64,000 nucleotides of DNA. Source: Pontiellaceae bacterium. Lineage in GTDB: Bacteria; Verrucomicrobiota; Kiritimatiellia; Kiritimatiellales; Pontiellaceae. Shown here piece after piece: positions 58,158 to 64,000 of this stretch. Position 1 is the first letter of the stretch. The number at the start of each line of letters is the position of its first letter. A program made the translations under genes and the position numbers. The notes beneath the pieces are model-generated. The model was not told the DNA's origin. It ran no database searches and worked only from the letters and a program-made list of their open reading frames with translations. The DNA lies in NCBI GenBank assembly GCA_045566035.1, contig JBJLEI010000016.1:1923-65922 (forward strand), in the 5' to 3' direction.

Positions 58158-59180
58158 TTATGTTAACCATTTTTTTGAGGACCAAGAAATCATAAATGCA
58201 CCTAAAGGTGCAGTAATTATTATACTGAGAGTTGATAATGATAATATCCAATAACCAGAAGTTGTATTCTGACCTAAATTAATCATTAACATTAGTGGTA
58301 TTGCACCTAATGCTGCCTGAACTGTAGCTTTTGGCCATAAGGAAACCATAATAAATAATTTTTCTCTAAATAATAGTGGTGTTTTAATTAAACAAATTAA
58401 TATTGAAATACTTCTGATAAATATTCCAAAGAATATGATTATACAGCCTATAAATCCAGATTGCTTCGCAATGTTTAAATCTATTTGAGATCCAATAAAT
58501 ATAAATAGTAATACCGAAGCAAATAACCACATATATGAAAGAATTTTTGAAAAATTATTAATCATATTTTTATATTTTCGTCTAAAAAATCTAAATAAAA
58601 TAAAAAGAATTAATAATAAGGAAGTATTAATAGCTATTGAGTAATTATCAATATAACTAGTCTCATAGATAGTTAATAAAATGCTGAACATTAAAATAGA
58701 AATAATATCATCCAATGAAGCAGCCGCTAAAATAATCGATGGTATTTTTTTATTAGTTCCTATTTTTCTTTTTTGAAGATCAATCATCATTGGTACAATT
58801 ACCGCTGGTGAAACTGCTGTCATAATAAAACCAAGCATAAGAGCCTCTAAAAAATTTAATGGAGTAATAAAATAAGATAAAATGGCTATACATATAGCCT
58901 CAAGAAATCCTGGAATAATGGCTAATAAATATATTATTAGATTAGATTTAGATGTTAACGATAATTGAATCTGCAAGCTTGCTCTTAAAAAAATAATGAC
59001 TAATGCTGTTATGCAGATATAACCTGAATAATTATCTATTGAAAAAAATGAATCATTTATTAAGTATGAAGAAGAAAAAAAACCAATAAAAATAACTACT
59101 ATAAATCCGGGTATGTAACTTTTTTTAAGGAGTAGATTTATTAATAATGAAAAAATTATTATTAATAAAAAAATAATCAT
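58158..59180 (-). CDS. Cation:proton antiporter (SLC9B/NHA-like), short form
   Basis: AL.IIFLRA.L, AVSPAVIVP.M, AASLDDI, LF..IG and PKATVQAALG motifs. Confidence 0.82.
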   Translation of the reverse strand: MIIFLLIIIFSLLINLLLKKSYIPGFIVVIFIGFFSSSYLINDSFFSIDNYSGYICITALVIIFLRASLQIQLSLTSKSNLIIYLLAIIPGFLEAICIAILSYFITPLNFLEALMLGFIMTAVSPAVIVPMMIDLQKRKIGTNKKIPSIILAAASLDDIISILMFSILLTIYETSYIDNYSIAINTSLLLILFILFRFFRRKYKNMINNFSKILSYMWLFASVLLFIFIGSQIDLNIAKQSGFIGCIIIFFGIFIRSISILICLIKTPLLFREKLFIMVSLWPKATVQAALGAIPLMLMINLGQNTTSGYWILSLSTLSIIITAPLGAFMISWSSKKWLT

Positions 59181-59197
59181 ACAGAATATCTTTTACA

Positions 59198-60442
59198 CTA
59201 AATAGTTTTAGTAAAACATAACGTAGTATTATGGCCACCAAACCCTAGTGAATTATTTAACACAGCATTTACATTAGAAGATCTTTTATAATTAGGAACA
59301 TAATCTAAATCACAATCAGGATCAGGCGTATTATAATTAATTGTTGGAGAAATAATTCCATCACGAATTGATAAGGCACATATAATAGATTCTATTGCAC
59401 CAGTTGCTCCTAACATATGTCCAGTCATTGATTTACTAGAACTTATAGCTAATTTATAAGCATATTCTCCAAAAACTTTTTTAATAGCTTTTGTTTCTCC
59501 CTTATCATTTAAAGGAGTTGATGTTCCATGAGCATTAATATAATCGATATCTTCTGGCTTTAAATTTGCATCCTTGATAGCCAATAACATTCCTCTTGCA
59601 GATTGTTCTGCAGATTCATCTGGTGCAGTTATATGATGCGCATCAGCTGTTCTTCCATACCCTGAAACTGAACAATAAATTTTTGCACCTCTTGCCTCAG
59701 CATGTTCTCGACTTTCTAGAACTACTACACCAGCTCCTTCAGACATAACAAATCCATCACGCTCTTTGTCAAATGGTCGGGATGCTCCTTCTGGATCATC
59801 ATTTCTTCTACTTGTTGCACGAAGAGCTGCAAAACCTGCAACACCTAGCATCTCTATAGACGCTTCTGATCCTCCTGCAAGCATTACATCAGCATCACCA
59901 TATGCAATCATTCTAGCAGCCTCACCAATTGAATGAGTTCCAGATGCACAGGCACTTGTAATACAGAAATTTGGACCTTTAAAGTTATATTTCATGGATA
60001 TATATCCAGCTAATATATTTGTAATCATTTGAGGTATTAATTGAGGCGATACTCTTCTTGGTCCACCATCTAAAGCACGTTTATGTTGCCTTTGAAGAAA
60101 CTGCATTCCACCAATACCGGAACTAACTAATACACCTGAACGCTCTGGATCATATACACCATTATTTAAATTTGCATCATCCATTGCCATAGATGCTGCA
60201 GCAACACCATAAGCGGTAAAAGGATCAACTTTTCGAGCCTCTTTTAGTTCCATATATTTTTCAATATCCAGATCTCTAACCTCTCCTGCAATTTGAACAG
60301 GATATTGATCAATATTTTCCATACTCTGAACGCGCGAAATTCCAGATTTACCTGACTGTATGCCTTCCCAAAAAGGCTCTAATGAATTTGCTATAGGGGA
60401 AACAACTCCTAAACCAGTTATTACAACTTCTTTTCCACCCAT
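59198..60442 (-). CDS. fabF: 3-oxoacyl-ACP synthase II
   Basis: VVITGLG, SACASG (catalytic Cys), RDGFVM.EGAG, NAHGTSTP, KSMTGHMLGA and NS.GFGGHN motifs. Confidence 0.97.
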   Translation of the reverse strand: MGGKEVVITGLGVVSPIANSLEPFWEGIQSGKSGISRVQSMENIDQYPVQIAGEVRDLDIEKYMELKEARKVDPFTAYGVAAASMAMDDANLNNGVYDPERSGVLVSSGIGGMQFLQRQHKRALDGGPRRVSPQLIPQMITNILAGYISMKYNFKGPNFCITSACASGTHSIGEAARMIAYGDADVMLAGGSEASIEMLGVAGFAALRATSRRNDDPEGASRPFDKERDGFVMSEGAGVVVLESREHAEARGAKIYCSVSGYGRTADAHHITAPDESAEQSARGMLLAIKDANLKPEDIDYINAHGTSTPLNDKGETKAIKKVFGEYAYKLAISSSKSMTGHMLGATGAIESIICALSIRDGIISPTINYNTPDPDCDLDYVPNYKRSSNVNAVLNNSLGFGGHNTTLCFTKTI

Positions 60443-60515
60443 TTTTAAACCTTTAGTTTATGTAAAAACCATCGAAATAATAAAATATACTAATCCGACA
60501 TTAAATTAAAAAAAT

Positions 60516-60752
60516 TTATTCAAACCCTTTTTCACTTAGGTAACTAACTACTGCGCCAACAGAAGTTAATTTTTCTGCATCTTCATCTGGTATTTCAGCT
60601 CCAAATTCTTCTTCAAAAGCCATAACAAGTTCTACGGTATCTAATGAATCAGCTCCTAAATCTTCAATAAATGAAGAATCAGATTTTACCTCATCTGAAC
60701 TTTTACCTAATTGCTCTACAATAATATCTTTTACTTTATCTTCGAGTGCCAT
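60516..60752 (-). CDS. acpP: Acyl carrier protein
   Basis: [20 protein letters not shown] motif. Confidence 0.98.
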   Translation of the reverse strand: MALEDKVKDIIVEQLGKSSDEVKSDSSFIEDLGADSLDTVELVMAFEEEFGAEIPDEDAEKLTSVGAVVSYLSEKGFE

Positions 60753-60787
60753 AATTTTTCTCCTTTAGAATTAAATTTATATTTATA

Positions 60788-61531
60788 TTACATAACCATA
60801 CCGCCGCATGTCGAGAGGACTTGTCCAGTAACATACGATGATGAATCACTTGCAAGAAAGAGGACAACATTCGCTATATCTTCAGGCTCACCAAAACGAG
60901 ATAAAGGAATTAGTTCTTTCATTTTTTCTTGTACATCATTATCAAGAGCATCGGTCATTGCTGTTCTAATAAACCCTGGTGCCACTGCATTACACCGAAC
61001 ATTTCTGGAGGCTAATTCTTTTGCTACTGTTTTAGTAAATGAAATGACTCCTCCTTTAGATGCGGCATAATTAGCCTGACCTGCATTACCCATTAGTCCA
61101 ATTACAGAAGCTATATTAACAATTACTCCTGATCTTTTTTTTGCCATACCTCGCATTACAGCTTTCGTACATAAAAATACACCTTTAAGATTAACATTTA
61201 ATACGGTATCCCAATCATCTTCACTCATTCGCATAAGCAGACCATCTTTTGTAATTCCAGCATTATTAACTAAAATATCAATTTTACCAAAATCATTTTC
61301 AATAGTCTTTACACCATTGTTAACGCTATCAATATCTGAAACATCCATTTTATAACATTTTACATTAACATTAATTTCTTTAATAAGGGATTTAGATTCA
61401 TTTAACCATTCATCATTAAGATCACATAATGCAATATTTGCTCCTGATTCAGCTAATTTTATTGCTATAGCTTGTCCTAATCCACGCGCTGCTCCAGTTA
61501 CAACTGCTACTTTATCTTCTAAATTAATCAC
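60788..61531 (-). CDS. fabG: 3-oxoacyl-ACP reductase
   Basis: [16 protein letters not shown] and GQANYAASK motifs; in the fab cluster. Confidence 0.97.
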   Translation of the reverse strand: MINLEDKVAVVTGAARGLGQAIAIKLAESGANIALCDLNDEWLNESKSLIKEINVNVKCYKMDVSDIDSVNNGVKTIENDFGKIDILVNNAGITKDGLLMRMSEDDWDTVLNVNLKGVFLCTKAVMRGMAKKRSGVIVNIASVIGLMGNAGQANYAASKGGVISFTKTVAKELASRNVRCNAVAPGFIRTAMTDALDNDVQEKMKELIPLSRFGEPEDIANVVLFLASDSSSYVTGQVLSTCGGMVM

Positions 61532-61546
61532 TGCTTTCTCCCTTAG

Positions 61547-62446
61547 CTAATTAATATCTGATATTTGACTGATGTTACGAACCTTTAAATTTTTGTCAAT
61601 ACGCTTTACTAAACCAGTTAGAACTTTTCCTGGACCACACTCTATAATCTCACTTACTCCATTATTTGAAAGCGTTTTCACACAATCTACCCATCGAACA
61701 GGAGAAACAATTTGCTTAACCATACATTTTCTTATCTCAGAAAATTTATGAATTTCTCCCGTTACGTTTGATAAAACATTCATTCGAGGTGATTTTAAAT
61801 CAAAATCTATTAAAAAATTATTCATTTTTTCTGCAGCCAAGTTCATTAATGGTGAGTGGAAAGCTCCTGCAACAGGTAATTTTATAGCTCTCTTAGCACC
61901 ATTTTTAATAGCAAGGTTTTCTGCATTATTAATAGAATCAACTCTACCAGAAAGAACTGTTTGCATTGGTGAATTGAAATTTGCTACAGAACATCCAACT
62001 TTTTTTGATATATTAATTAATTCTTCAGATTCTAAATTGATAACCGCAAGCATTGCACCATTTTCATGATCACATGCTTCTTGCATAAATCTTCCACGTG
62101 CCTCTAAAATTTTAATTGTATCGATAAATGAAGTAGTTCCTGCTATATGCAACGCAGTCCATTCTCCTAAACTATGTCCGGCTAAATAACTAATATCATT
62201 TGTGGAATCATTCTTATTCATATAATTAAATAATGCTACACTAGAAACAAAAATACCTAACTGAGCATAATTGGATTGATTTAATGTCTCTTGAGGTCCA
62301 TGAAAACAAATAGATGATAAATCAAATCCTAAAAGATCATTTGCCTGACTAAATAAGTTTCTACAATCAGACGATTTTTTATATAAATCCTCTGTCATTC
62401 CAACTATTTGAGATCCTTGTCCAGGAAATACAATTGCTTTACTCAT
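61547..62446 (-). CDS. fabD: Malonyl-CoA:ACP transacylase
   Basis: FPGQGSQ, GHSLGE, GAFHS and E.GPGKVL.GL motifs. Confidence 0.97.
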   Translation of the reverse strand: MSKAIVFPGQGSQIVGMTEDLYKKSSDCRNLFSQANDLLGFDLSSICFHGPQETLNQSNYAQLGIFVSSVALFNYMNKNDSTNDISYLAGHSLGEWTALHIAGTTSFIDTIKILEARGRFMQEACDHENGAMLAVINLESEELINISKKVGCSVANFNSPMQTVLSGRVDSINNAENLAIKNGAKRAIKLPVAGAFHSPLMNLAAEKMNNFLIDFDLKSPRMNVLSNVTGEIHKFSEIRKCMVKQIVSPVRWVDCVKTLSNNGVSEIIECGPGKVLTGLVKRIDKNLKVRNISQISDIN

Positions 62447-63440
62447 ATTCTTTTTCCCATTCTAATATATTAGCACCCCACGTAAAGCCACTTCCAAATG
62501 CTGTTAAAACAATAAGGTCGCCTTTTCTAATAAATCCATCATGCGCTGCCTCATCTAAAGCAATTGCTAAAGCTGCAGAGGATGTGTTAGCATACTTTTC
62601 GATATTAGAATACATTCTATCTTTAACATTTAGACGTTTTGAAATTGCATCAATAATCCTTATATTAGCTTGATGTGGTATAAAACATGCTACCTCATCT
62701 ACTAAAATATCATTAAGTTTTAAAACATCTAATACAGCCTCACTCATTCGTTGCACGGCATGTTTAAAAACATCTTTACCTTCCATTTGTATAAAATGTT
62801 CTTTTCGGTCAATCATATCATGAGTAATTGGATTACAACTACCTCCACCAGGCGTACACAATAAGTTAGCTAAAGAACCATCAGATCCTATAATAGCTGG
62901 TAATAATCCCCTTCCATTATCTTTAACTTGTAAAATAGCAGCACCTGCACCATCGCCAAACAGAATACTTGTTGAGCGATCATTCCAATCTAAGAACATA
63001 CTCATCTTTTCTGCACCAATAACTAATGCTGTAGTTGCTTTACCACAAGATAATTGCGCTCTAGCTGTTTCTAATGCAAATAAAAATCCTGAGCAGGCAG
63101 CACCTAGATCATAACAAAAAGCGTTCTTGGCTTTAATTTTCTCTTGAATAAAACACGCTGTACTTGGAAAAAACATATCTGGAGAAAGTGTTGCCACAAT
63201 AATAAGATCAATATGATCTGCAGAAATTTTAGCATCTTTTAAAGCTTTTTTAGCGGCTTCAGCACCTAAATCAGATGTTGATTGATTAGGTTCACATATT
63301 CTTCTTTCTCTCATACCTGTTCGAGAATAAATCCACTCATCAGACGTATCCATAATTTTAGATAAATCATCATTTGTTACTACTTTTTCTGGAACATATG
63401 AGCCTGTTCCAATAATTGAAATTATTTTTTTATGATTCAT
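62439..63440 (-). CDS. fabH: 3-oxoacyl-ACP synthase III
   Basis: DTSDEWI, AACSGF, LFGDGAGA, PHQANIRI, NTS.A and FG.GFTWG motifs. Confidence 0.97.
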   Translation of the reverse strand: MNHKKIISIIGTGSYVPEKVVTNDDLSKIMDTSDEWIYSRTGMRERRICEPNQSTSDLGAEAAKKALKDAKISADHIDLIIVATLSPDMFFPSTACFIQEKIKAKNAFCYDLGAACSGFLFALETARAQLSCGKATTALVIGAEKMSMFLDWNDRSTSILFGDGAGAAILQVKDNGRGLLPAIIGSDGSLANLLCTPGGGSCNPITHDMIDRKEHFIQMEGKDVFKHAVQRMSEAVLDVLKLNDILVDEVACFIPHQANIRIIDAISKRLNVKDRMYSNIEKYANTSSAALAIALDEAAHDGFIRKGDLIVLTAFGSGFTWGANILEWEKEYE

Positions 63441-63470
63441 AAAATAATCTTCTATATTAAATAAGATAGC

Positions 63471-64000
63471 TTATTTTATAGCCTGTAATTCTGATTCAAT
63501 CAAATGATTTAAATCATGATTAATAGCTTCTGACGCTACTCTTATTCCATTATATGCAGCAAAACTATTAGATGAGCCGTGTCCAATAATAACAACACCA
63601 TTTGCACCAAGCAATGGTGCTCCTCCATAATGTGAAGGATCAACTTTAGATTTTATTGTTTTGAATACACCCCTTGAAAGAAGATATCCTAATTTTCTTA
63701 AAATAGTTTTTTTATATAAATCTTTTAACCAGGAAGAAATCATTCCAGCTACAGCTTCGGTAGTTTTTAGAACAACATTGCCAACAAAACCATCGCATAT
63801 AGCTACATCTACCTTACCACTAAATAAATCTCGACCTTCAGCGTTACCAATAAAATTTACTTTTGATTCATTTAAAAGATTATAGCTTTTTTTAGTAGTT
63901 TCATTTCCCTTTGCTTCCTCTTCACCAATACTTAGCAGACCCACTCTAGGTGATTGAATACCAAGAATTTGTTGAGCGTAAATACTTCCCATTATTGCAT
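63471..64000 (-). CDS. plsX: Phosphate acyltransferase PlsX (C-terminal part; runs off window end)
   Basis: VGLLSIGEE..KG, GNAEG, CDGFVGNVVLK..E, GGAPLLG and HGSS motifs. Confidence 0.95.
   Translation of the reverse strand, partial: AIMGSIYAQQILGIQSPRVGLLSIGEEEAKGNETTKKSYNLLNESKVNFIGNAEGRDLFSGKVDVAICDGFVGNVVLKTTEAVAGMISSWLKDLYKKTILRKLGYLLSRGVFKTIKSKVDPSHYGGAPLLGANGVVIIGHGSSNSFAAYNGIRVASEAINHDLNHLIESELQAIK

Overview
A gene-dense, AT-rich (roughly 30% GC by eye) bacterial chromosome segment. Gene content suggests a streamlined aquatic member of the PVC superphylum, most likely Kiritimatiellota/Verrucomicrobiota (inference). The cues are the long Chlamydia-type GreA, type-2 IleRS followed by dksA-lspA, a '..FYKV' C-terminal domain and ExbB/ExbD/TPR clusters. 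Housekeeping blocks are ileS-dksA-lspA-miaA-hflX, gap-pgk, pgi-rrf2-cysK, prc, mscS, hemF, greA, pgl, an M16C peptidase and plsX-fabHDG-acpP-fabF. Five features stand out. (1) A ~16 kb putative phosphate-scavenging locus: a secreted beta-helix-type protein, lipoprotein, TonB-dependent receptor and six-gene TtpD/TtpC/ExbB/ExbD/TonB/TPR motor, divergent from phoB-phoR and a PiT-like permease, with 11-bp-phased Pho-box-like repeats and a structured 5' leader. (2) A stand-alone RnfG-like + RnfD/NqrB-like flavinylation pair without the other Rnf/Nqr subunits. (3) A mevalonate cluster with no diphosphomevalonate decarboxylase in the window, interrupted by tcdA and a PHP-GT4 fusion. (4) A second ExbB-ExbD-ExbD motor with an SxxxH-anchored non-TonB partner and TPR proteins (one frameshifted) downstream of the fab genes. 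(5) A zinc-independent-type DksA with a histone-like repeat tail. No rRNA, tRNA, CRISPR array or mobile element was recognised. All calls come from reading motifs by eye; no database searches were run.
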